A DNA stretch of 63,977 nucleotides, filler included, from Octopus bimaculoides (taxonomy: Eukaryota), in assembly GCF_001194135.2 (NCBI RefSeq). It is 5 parts of 5 records of this genome, joined end to end, with 100 filler letters (N's around TTAATTAATTAA, not from the genome) between each part and the next. Parts side by side here need not be neighbours in the genome. Positions count along the whole stretch, not along the records: positions 1 to 14,836 come from NC_068991.1; positions 14,937 to 40,649 come from NC_068989.1; 3 more parts are not named here. The stretch is one strand, 5' to 3'. The position numbers were made by a program, and so were the translations under genes. Below the pieces are notes generated by a model, which saw only the letters and a program-made list of their open reading frames with translations, searched no databases and was not told where the DNA came from. Within the stretch, counting starts at the first letter, position 1; each line of letters starts with the position of its first letter. Positions 13,449-22,981 of the stretch are shown in pieces.

Positions 13449-13790
13449 ACGGACCACATATTGCTATTTGGGACAGAGGGTCAAAGGTATGTACCATCAT
13501 AGAGATCAGCTGATCTGCAGATATAAATATCTCTTTGAAAATCAAAGAAAAAGAGGGTATCTATGGACAACTGCTTTGAAACATCCAGCTTTTATATCCA
13601 GATTACGAATTCATATTCATACCAATAATAATTGAAGCACTAAGTTTTGTTAGTAAATGCTTAAAGGAGAATCTGGATCAACTAGGATTTTCAGAAAGCG
13701 AAATCGACCGGCTAGTTCGTACATTACAAGTGCAATTTGTGAGTGGAACAGTAAAAATATGCAAGACTTTTCTCAAGTTCCAAATGTGAA
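12876..13790 (+). mobile_element. Two diverged 3'-end fragments of an RLE-type (R4/NeSL-like) non-LTR retrotransposon (12876-13078 and 13586-13790)
   Basis: Both encode a similar C-terminus: FIPIII(G/E)..S/F...LGFSESEI..L..TLQ.Q.VSGTVK(L/I)CK(A/T)FL(R/K)F then stop. The PIIIGA-like motif is typical of the end of RLE domains. Confidence 0.6.
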
Positions 13791-14161
13791 TTTCTCTGTG
13801 TTAACTACATCCCAAAGATGGAGCTTTGTATCTTTGCTGGAAACCGGCTCCGTCCTCAGTGGAAGATTTATAATAATTAAAAAAATAGAAGAGACATACA
13901 TACATACATACATACACACATACATACATACGTACATACGTACGTACATACATACTTACATATAATATCACACACGTCTGAGGAAGTATGTATATGAGTT
14001 TATGTATATGTGCATATATGTGAACCTGCATAAACGTGCGCATGCATACATGTACATATACATACATGCATACAGGGATACGTGCATTCATCGGTACAAA
14101 CATACATGTATACTTAGATATATGAGTGTGTATATGTATTTAACGATAAACTATAAGCAAA

Positions 14162-14218
<57 letters not shown>

Positions 14219-14233
14219 GTCTGTCTATGTATG

Positions 14234-14264
<31 letters not shown>

Positions 14265-14789
14265 CTATCTATCTGTCTATCTGTCAACTATCTATCTGTC
14301 AACTGTCTATCTATAATTTTAAACGCACAAACCTGGATAGATTCTTACATACATGTTCATTCATATACACAGCACACACACACGCACACATACATACACA
14401 CATGTAATTAGGATATAATTACTATTTGCGTGGATTTTGATTTATTTCATCCCACATCAGGGAATAACTGTCGGGTTTCCATCCCTATGGAATATTGCAG
14501 TTATTATGTATCAAATTTATGTTTAAGGATACATTTAAACATTTATATATGATATACATAGCTACATATATACTTTCGTACAAGCACGCAATTCCATTCG
14601 TATATTCATGCAAACACATACACGCACACACATGCGCGCGCTCACACATGCGCGCGCTCACACACATGCGCGCGCGCACACATACACTCACACAGGCGCG
14701 CACCCACGCATGCACGCATGCACACATGCACGCACACACATATCCTATTGTAAACAAATCTAAATGCGTATCAAATAGTAGCATTGTTA

Positions 14790-14820
<31 letters not shown>

Positions 14821-14836
14821 ATATATTATATATATA

Positions 14837-14936
14837 NNNNNNNNNNNNNNNNNNNNNNNNNNNNNNNNNNNNNNNNNNNNTTAATTAATTAANNNNNNNN
14901 NNNNNNNNNNNNNNNNNNNNNNNNNNNNNNNNNNNN
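14837..14936. other. Artificial scaffold join: N44-TTAATTAATTAA-N44
   Basis: Exactly 44 N, a 12-nt palindromic six-frame stop linker, then 44 N. Identical copies at 40650-40749, 45942-46041 and 62667-62766. Confidence 0.97.
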
Positions 14937-14951
14937 TCATTATTATTATTA

Positions 14952-15027
<76 letters not shown>

Positions 15028-15169
15028 GATACCTTTTCTTGGTGTCAGCAAGACGTCGTTTTGAGTCGCCCATAAGTTTGCTCGTCTGTTTCTATGTTCA
15101 AAAAGTTGTTAATGGTTGAAATTTTGTTATATAAGTCTTCAACTAACAATTTCAGAATTCGGTTTTTGA

Positions 15170-15545
15170 CGAATCAGAAAGGCTTTGTACTACACGATTC
15201 GAAGCAGATGGGTGCAGTATCTCGCTCAACAGTTTGGGGTGGTTGGCTGGTTGGAGATGGAATGGACTTTACCGACTACCTCGACAACCTCCCACGGCTC
15301 TCAGCGAGAAATCCAGAATTCTGCGATAGGCTGATAACAGCCGATGAAATTCAGGAAGTGATGGTAGCTGCACAAAAAGTTGCGGAGGGTGGATGGTCTG
15401 TCCTACGAGCTTTATCTTCATATATTACATTTATTCGGAACCCACTCGGCAGATGTCTACTGTGGCAAGCAATAGATTTGGATAATTCCTAATCTTGTGA
15501 AAAGAAGTGTAGTGGGGCTGCTGAGAAAGGACTAGAACAGGGTCC
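15170..15545 (+). mobile_element. L1/Tx1-like LINE ORF2 fragment (pre-RT region), decayed
   Basis: Frameshifted peptide DFTDYLDNLPRLSARNPEFC..ITADEIQEVM...DGLSYELY...LFG...IPNLVKRSVVGLLRKD. Confidence 0.7.
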
Positions 15546-16430
15546 GACATCATGGATTTGTTTCTCCAGGTGTTGAACCTATTTCTGAGTTAATCTTTGC
15601 TTCTTTCAAAGTTTTATATTCCTTCAGAATACTGCCGACTGCCCCTATTTCTGTCGTGAGGGACATCATTCGTTTGACGTTGTCTGCATATATGGATACA
15701 GATTTATAACATTCTTGATCGAACAGGATGCTCCTCAACACTTGAAGCTTCCGCAGTAGTAGCTCGAGTTTCAGGACACGATAAAGATGAGGGAGGACAC
15801 TGTTGAGGGGCCAAGTGCGATTCAAGACACGGTTTCGATAAGTGGCTGTATGTTTTGACGAACCGAACGGATGCCGCTGTGCATGGTAACGATGCAACCA
15901 TAACTATCTACCTTGAAAGCAGCGGTCAAATAGTGATGTTCGATCCTATCAAAAGGTTGGACCCTACCAAAGTCAGCTTTACTACCTATTCTTTCTATGA
16001 TGTATCGCATGTTGTTAGAGGTTGTCGTTGACAGACCTGGTTGGGACAGTGCACATCAGCGCTTTTCTGACCAAACTGTTGACGACAAACGCCAAACGTT
16101 TTACTATCTGCACGGACAAAGTCTTAAACTTTATGTTCAGCAGAATTACGGGCCAGACATTGTTATTTACATATTCTTTTTTCAAGCCCTTCCTCAGAAA
16201 TGATATCACTAAAATATCGTATATGCCCAAAGTTCAAAGGGCATACCACACAAAGCAGGCCACCTGCGCCTCGTATAATCCTTTGCTGCCTGTCATATTT
16301 CAGCCATTGTTATCAACATTTTGCAGCACTACGCATCTTACGCCGAGTGTTGCGCCAGACCATCGAGGCAGACACTAATATCCACTACCCTCTCTGTCGC
16401 CCCTCTCTTCGAATATTTACAGCATAGTGC
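15541..16430 (-). mobile_element. L1/Tx1-like LINE ORF2 fragment (RT domain), decayed
   Basis: WPVILLN.KFK.L...RL..VV..LV.....VPTRSVNDNL, MRYIIERI, PFDRIEH.YL, RGPQQCPPS (QGCPLS-like), SIYADNV (YADD-like) and AKINSE. Confidence 0.8.
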
Positions 16431-16689
16431 CGCTAAAAAGCTTCACACATCTATTTGAAACTGAGTTACACCCGACTGTCCTGTAGGCCAAAGGCTGAAC
16501 TGTGTATTTGTTGACATATCACGTATCTGCTACCTAGGTCCATTGAACGGGTTTACTTCTTCGTATGTCTTTCCAAATCGCTTTTTTCTATTTTGTTTAT
16601 TTAATCGCCATTAATTTAATCGGTTGTTCCAGCCTCCCATAAGCACTAAAGAACTGGTTGTTCCCAAGAACACTTCTAACATCTAAAGA

Positions 16690-17591
16690 AACCCGTGTGC
16701 CCTACCTAACACAGAGTATAGACGTCAACAGTGCTGAAGGCATTCAAAACCCTTAAATCAACTGAGATTAACCAGGCAATAAGAAGACAAACACACCCTT
16801 TCACACAACTCATATGCGACAACATTACTATAAAATCGGGTTGAATCAGAGGACATCCTGATGCCTATATCTATCGTTAGGCTTATTTGATCGAGTGTGT
16901 TGTACAAGATTGAAACAGTTTACAGTGTTACAAGCAGTTGGATTATTATGTCGCGTGTGTCTATGAGTTATCGTTGGTAGTTTATTGTCTTGACCAATTC
17001 TTCCTGGCCTGTATTCTCTATCTGAGTTCTCAAACCGTGATGTTATGATGATGTAAAATGTGTATTACTATTCGAGAAATTACTAGTGTTGTGTATGTCT
17101 GCTTTTTCTATATATTGAATTTTTTCACAGTACCCAGCCTTAGCTAAAGCAGCATTATAATAAGTTGCATGTGATTCGAAAATGTTATTGTTAGCGGATA
17201 ATCTAGAAATTCTTGTAGAAATACTCTTAGCTAATCCCCGTATTACTGAAGAAGGATAGTTGGATGTTACATTTATGTATTTAATATGATCATTTGGCTT
17301 ATGAAATGGTTCAAATAATCTAGTATCAAGACAGAAGGTAGAGTCAAAAAAATTTATTCTACGATAATCCTTTCCCATAGTAATGTTTCGTCCTAGTTAT
17401 TTTTAATCTAAACAAAGTGTTTCTATGCCTTTGTAGTAGTACTTTACTACTTCTGTCCAGACAAAATAAGGCGCCATCCCTATATAGACCCCTGTTACTT
17501 CTGGAAAGAAAGACTGGATTAATGAAAGGATATATATTCCGATTAGGTCTGTTACCTGTGCAGAGTCAGATGACCCCATTGCTATATCAAA
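16690..17591 (-). mobile_element. Penelope-like element RT palm/thumb fragment
   Basis: FDIAMGSSDSAQVTDLIGIYIL, GLYRDG (YRDDG-like), INFFDSTFCL, FEPFHKPN..KYINVTSNYP..I...ISTRISRLS....F......Y..AL...GY, and a downstream degenerate (W)FNP motif near 16840. Confidence 0.8.
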
Positions 17592-18590
17592 NNNNNNNNN
17601 NNNNNNNNNNNNNNNNNNNNNNNNNNNNNNNNNNNNNNNNNNNNNNNNNNNNNNNNNNNNNNNNNNNNNNNNNNNNNNNNNNNNNNNNNNNNNNNNNNNN
17701 NNNNNNNNNNNNNNNNNNNNNNNNNNNNNNNNNNNNNNNNNNNNNNNNNNNNNNNNNNNNNNNNNNNNNNNNNNNNNNNNNNNNNNNNNNNNNNNNNNNN
17801 NNNNNNNNNNNNNNNNNNNNNNNNNNNNNNNNNNNNNNNNNNNNNNNNNNNNNNNNNNNNNNNNNNNNNNNNNNNNNNNNNNNNNNNNNNNNNNNNNNNN
17901 NNNNNNNNNNNNNNNNNNNNNNNNNNNNNNNNNNNNNNNNNNNNNNNNNNNNNNNNNNNNNNNNNNNNNNNNNNNNNNNNNNNNNNNNNNNNNNNNNNNN
18001 NNNNNNNNNNNNNNNNNNNNNNNNNNNNNNNNNNNNNNNNNNNNNNNNNNNNNNNNNNNNNNNNNNNNNNNNNNNNNNNNNNNNNNNNNNNNNNNNNNNN
18101 NNNNNNNNNNNNNNNNNNNNNNNNNNNNNNNNNNNNNNNNNNNNNNNNNNNNNNNNNNNNNNNNNNNNNNNNNNNNNNNNNNNNNNNNNNNNNNNNNNNN
18201 NNNNNNNNNNNNNNNNNNNNNNNNNNNNNNNNNNNNNNNNNNNNNNNNNNNNNNNNNNNNNNNNNNNNNNNNNNNNNNNNNNNNNNNNNNNNNNNNNNNN
18301 NNNNNNNNNNNNNNNNNNNNNNNNNNNNNNNNNNNNNNNNNNNNNNNNNNNNNNNNNNNNNNNNNNNNNNNNNNNNNNNNNNNNNNNNNNNNNNNNNNNN
18401 NNNNNNNNNNNNNNNNNNNNNNNNNNNNNNNNNNNNNNNNNNNNNNNNNNNNNNNNNNNNNNNNNNNNNNNNNNNNNNNNNNNNNNNNNNNNNNNNNNNN
18501 NNNNNNNNNNNNNNNNNNNNNNNNNNNNNNNNNNNNNNNNNNNNNNNNNNNNNNNNNNNNNNNNNNNNNNNNNNNNNNNNNNNNNNNNNN

Positions 18591-18885
18591 CAACGTACAA
18601 TTCTTCACAATTAGGGCATTTGATGCAGTAGATTAGATTTCTACTTTTGCAGTTCATGTTCGCATTGGTGAATATTTTCCCTGTTTTTGTGTTCATATAT
18701 GGGCCGGTATGGATTGATCGGCATGTGCCGCATCGGCTATCATTGCATTTGGATACAGTGAATGTTTGATTTTTGTTGCTGAGGTCAAACCTTGCCTTTG
18801 TTAATAGTTTTTTCAAGTTTTTAGGTTGTCTCTTACTGAGAGTTATATTTTGATCTGTAATGATATTTCTCAATTCCTTACTTTG
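18591..18885 (-). mobile_element. Penelope-like element linker + GIY-YIG endonuclease N-terminal fragment
   Basis: RQPKNLKKLLTKARF..KCNDSRCGTC..I..G...NMNCKSRNLIYCIKCPNCEELYV, truncated by the N gap. Confidence 0.85.
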
Positions 18886-19570
18886 TGCAAAGTAAGGAAT
18901 TGAGAAATATCATTGCGCTGAATTGGCTTTCTATCCCATCGAATGATGCGAGGTAGACTGGATAAGATCGACTATACACCACATTTACCTCTAAATTGTT
19001 AAACCACACAATCAGACAGAGATACGTTCGTTGAGCTGTCATTCTCATTTATAAAATCATAACTTAAACTCGTTTTCCTTTACCACATGCGCAGAATCGG
19101 CTGTGCAGATTAAGACATTCGCTTTGAATCCATAAAGATCATGGTCCAGTGCCGGGCAAGCGTCTCCCATTGTGATTTCAGGTCAAAGATTGCTTTGTGA
19201 TTGAAATTGGTAAGAGGAAACTGTGTGAAAGCACAAGATGTATACTGTATATATGCATGTGTGTATGTGTGTGTGAGTGTGTGTGTGTGTGCGTGCGTGC
19301 GTATGTGAATGCTCCTCCACGATTTCACAACTTGTGTTGATTTGTTTACATACAAATTGGCGACTCGTCAAAAAATAACAATATAACTAGTTACAGACAG
19401 AGAAAACCGTTTAAGGGTGTACGCCAGTGTGACAGAATTGCAATGATTGATGCAAGTAAATGAATTTAAAAACGCTAATGAAATGTCTTTAAAAAAAAGA
19501 TTACAGTCACCGAATTGTAATACACATTTGCTTAAGCAAATTCATTACTAATTACTGAGGGTAAAATATC

Positions 19571-19589
19571 TTCATTTCTTCTATTGCAG
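19571..19589 (+). promoter_or_regulatory. Candidate splice acceptor of a 5'-UTR intron (GPCR copy 1); paralogous site ends at 24291
   Basis: TTCATTTCTTCTATTGCAG|G, conserved in copy 2 as TTTATTTCTTCTATTGCAG|G at the edge of the duplicated unit. Confidence 0.5.
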
Positions 19590-19832
19590 GTACAACTACA
19601 AAAGCTAGTGCATATATACATATACAAAGTCAACATACCGTTGTTCTATGTTCCGAATTTTGGTTACATTCAAATACTTAAAACTGATTTATTATGTCTT
19701 CAATATATTGAAAGCATTTTCAATTTTGACCTATTCATATTACTACATTGCAGTAAAATTCATCAACAAATAGATATCAAATATATCTCTTGAATTTCTT
19801 CAATCTTGCTGCTTCAACATATTCAGTTTCAA

Positions 19833-21764
19833 ATGGAAATTATCTTAAAACATTACTTTTCTATTTTATTTCTTATCCTTATGAATCACGCCATTCTAAC
19901 TTCAAGTTCTACCTTAAAATGTTTCAATACTACGGATTGTGAATTTTGCTCATTTGAAAAACACTGTCATGTATACAAAAGATGCTGTTGTAATGAAGAT
20001 CAACAGAAAACTGTGGAGTCCAAATATTTCGATCCATCAATATATTATAATTGTAGCCTTGTTCAGACAAAAAGATATTATATCTTTGACCGCTGTCCAT
20101 CAAATTACAGTGATATAAGTCATGTGACCAGATGTGAATATCCGAAAAACAATGATAGTCTAGACAATATTCTTGTGTTCGGTGAAACAACTAAAAGACT
20201 CTACAGGAACCGATATTGTGCTTTGTGTCACACGGAGAAATATATATTATGGAATATTGTTTATGACTGCGTTAAAACAGTAAATATAAATCGTGCCAAT
20301 TTAATGAATATGATTGAAAATGGTAAATGTAACAAACGCAAAGCTCCTCCGGATGATTTAAAACCTTATCTGGTTCCTTGCATACCCAGTGTTAATAAAT
20401 GCTCGCCTCATATATTAAATAAAACATTTAAATATCAATGTCCAACTTTCGAAAAGCCACAATGTACATCGTCTAATGATTATACTGATCGAGACATCTT
20501 ATGTTGCAGTGTATCAACCAGTACAGCACCGAGTCAAAAGAGATTTCCATTAACTATAATTTTTAATTATAATATCAAATATTTAATTATTAAAGCTGAA
20601 AAAGACGGTACTGAAACTAATGCGAAATTGCCATTTTGTCCAAAATACACCAATTACGATAAAAACACAATGCGTTGTCGCACGAATTTTTATCACCCTA
20701 TCTTAAATTGTACAGCGACGAGATTAAAGGACTCCGAATATCATATCACTAGTGATGGCCTTCTCTATTTAAATACTACCCAACGTTGGCTCAATCAATC
20801 AGAATTCAGTGTTGATGAAGATGGTTTAAGTATCTGTGTAAAGAATGATAACAATGAAATATCAAAATATTCCGAAATTGAGAGCTATATCACATTAGTG
20901 GGACTAGCAATCTCTGTTCCTGCTCTAGCAGTTACTATTCTAGTTTATCTCTGTATACCTGATCTCCGTACCTTACCAGGTAAATTACTCATTAGTCTTT
21001 CATCAGCACTGTTTGTAGCTGATCTTCTCTTTCTTATCTCAACAAAAGTCACTACATCTACAGTGCTGTGTAAGTCTTTAGCTGTTGTAATGCATTATGC
21101 GTTTTTAGCGACTTTCTTCTGGACGAATGTCATGTCATTTGATGCCTGGCACACTTTCTCAGGGATTACACAACTTCGGAGTTCAGAAAAGGATACCAAA
21201 AGACTTGTATTATATTCCTTATATGCTTGGATCTGTCCACTTGTAATAGTATCAGTGTCACTGATATTTGAGTACACACCTGGAAATCATGGACTTTCTC
21301 CAGAATATGGAATTGGTATTTGCTGGATTACAAACGTGAACAGTTTGCTTTGGTTCTTCGCAATCCCTGTAATCATTATTTTATGTCTGAATATTATAGC
21401 GTATAGCATCACTATTAGAGAGTTGTATTTGGTCAGCAAACTTTCTTCGAAATATTTATCAAAACGAAACAAAAAGGTGTTCCTTATTTACATAAAATTA
21501 AGCTTCATCATGGGTTTAACGTGGATGCTCGGATTCCTTTATACGTTTACGAAGATTGACGAATTTTCTCTACTATTTTGCATCTTAAACTCTTTCGTCG
21601 GTTTACTCATTTCTTTGTCATTTCTCTTAACAAGGATCGTCTGCCGCAGTTTTCTACATATGTTTCTTAAAATACGAAAATTTGTCAATTCCTCAAATGC
21701 TGATGTTTCGACAATTAATGAAACAATGTCGACCTATACCCAACATGATACGTCACTAAAATAA
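19833..21764 (+). CDS. Class B (Methuselah-like / non-GAIN adhesion-like, 7tm_2) GPCR with uninterrupted CDS, copy 1, 643 aa
   Basis: The first in-frame ATG is at 19833 (the track starts at TTG 19806). Signal-peptide-like N-terminus, Cys-rich ectodomain (CS.EKHCHVYKRCCC; LYRNRYCALCH; EYHITSDGLLYL...EFSV...SIC), seven hydrophobic segments with LRTLPGK, C..LAVVMHYAFLATFFW.NVMSFD, YAWICP, GICWI, KLSFIMGLTW and LNSFVG. Confidence 0.93.
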   Translation: MEIILKHYFSILFLILMNHAILTSSSTLKCFNTTDCEFCSFEKHCHVYKRCCCNEDQQKTVESKYFDPSIYYNCSLVQTKRYYIFDRCPSNYSDISHVTRCEYPKNNDSLDNILVFGETTKRLYRNRYCALCHTEKYILWNIVYDCVKTVNINRANLMNMIENGKCNKRKAPPDDLKPYLVPCIPSVNKCSPHILNKTFKYQCPTFEKPQCTSSNDYTDRDILCCSVSTSTAPSQKRFPLTIIFNYNIKYLIIKAEKDGTETNAKLPFCPKYTNYDKNTMRCRTNFYHPILNCTATRLKDSEYHITSDGLLYLNTTQRWLNQSEFSVDEDGLSICVKNDNNEISKYSEIESYITLVGLAISVPALAVTILVYLCIPDLRTLPGKLLISLSSALFVADLLFLISTKVTTSTVLCKSLAVVMHYAFLATFFWTNVMSFDAWHTFSGITQLRSSEKDTKRLVLYSLYAWICPLVIVSVSLIFEYTPGNHGLSPEYGIGICWITNVNSLLWFFAIPVIIILCLNIIAYSITIRELYLVSKLSSKYLSKRNKKVFLIYIKLSFIMGLTWMLGFLYTFTKIDEFSLLFCILNSFVGLLISLSFLLTRIVCRSFLHMFLKIRKFVNSSNADVSTINETMSTYTQHDTSLK

Positions 21765-22981
21765 TAGAAATTTTTCCAGAAATATTCTAGACAACAGATA
21801 TTCTACCACAGTACACAACCTTTAGTAACGCTGCGTTCTATAAACTACACTGTAAGGCCTGTAACGTCACAACACTTGCTGCATTTTGTATCAGACTACT
21901 TTACATTTATGATAATGATATAAACGTTAAGAATTATAATAAAATGCAGACTGTGAGGGCGTCACTGATATCCTTCAACGGGCTTTCATATTAAGAACTG
22001 AAACACAGTTCCATCAATCTCAGCTTCTTATCTACTCCAGGGGACATTTTGTGGTTTTATTTATTGTCAACAAGCTTTTAACCGACTTCAGTATTTTGAG
22101 TTTCTTTTAAAGGCTAATAAATGTTTCAATAATTGGATAACACTGAATTCCTATAACATTTCAAATGCTTTTCGAATTCCGAATATATGCGTCTTTGATC
22201 ACTCTCCATAGATCTCGATTGGAAAAGAATTCACTTATTTGCCTAAATTTGGTCTGTCTTCATGAAACCATTCTCTTCACATCACATACTTATAGTAGAA
22301 TCCAATGAGATTGGAGGTGGTCTGATTCGCCAAGATTTTTGTTATGTAGAAAATATTGACAGAGCGAGCACAGTAAACTTGCCGTACCTAATGAAATATC
22401 CAACATTTTTCCAAGAGTCTTTCTCGAGGTAAATTTATGAAGAAGGAAATAAAAGAAAGCAAGAGATGTTTCTCTATGTCTGAGAGGGTCTCTATGTCTT
22501 TGTTCCGGTATCAGTTGTTTCAATTGCTCTTGTGTTATATATTCAACTACGATGTTTTCCAACTACATATTTACAAAACACATTTCAACATTCACATTAA
22601 CTATTTGTTCTCTCTAAAATATTTCGTGTATACGCGGTAAGCAATACATTTTCATTTCTATCATAAACACCGTAGAAAACAAATTTGGCTCACATGGAAA
22701 TTTTATGCTTCCAAATTTTCTAGTGTTGCAGATTATAGCCTTCCAAATATGACCCTCAAGATCGTGTTATTTGTAATATATAGAGAAACAGCATGTATAT
22801 GACACGACTGCTCACATCTCATCTTATATTCCATAACTGATTATATTTATTGAAATGATATATGATGTATTATTCATATTAAATTACTTCTTTCAATACA
22901 CGACTTGATACAATAAAAGTCCAGTAATATTTTGTGTACTGGTGACATTGCAAAATGCGTCACATTACCAATCAGATTATA

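Noticed and set aside
14881-14892. TTAATTAATTAA as a regulatory palindrome or homeodomain site
   Set aside because: It is always centred between 44-N blocks, so it is a synthetic linker.
19806-19832. TTG starts given in the ORF track for GPCR copies 1 and 2 (19806, 24478)
   Set aside because: In this eukaryotic context the downstream ATGs (19833, 24505) give a signal-peptide-like N-terminus and are used instead.
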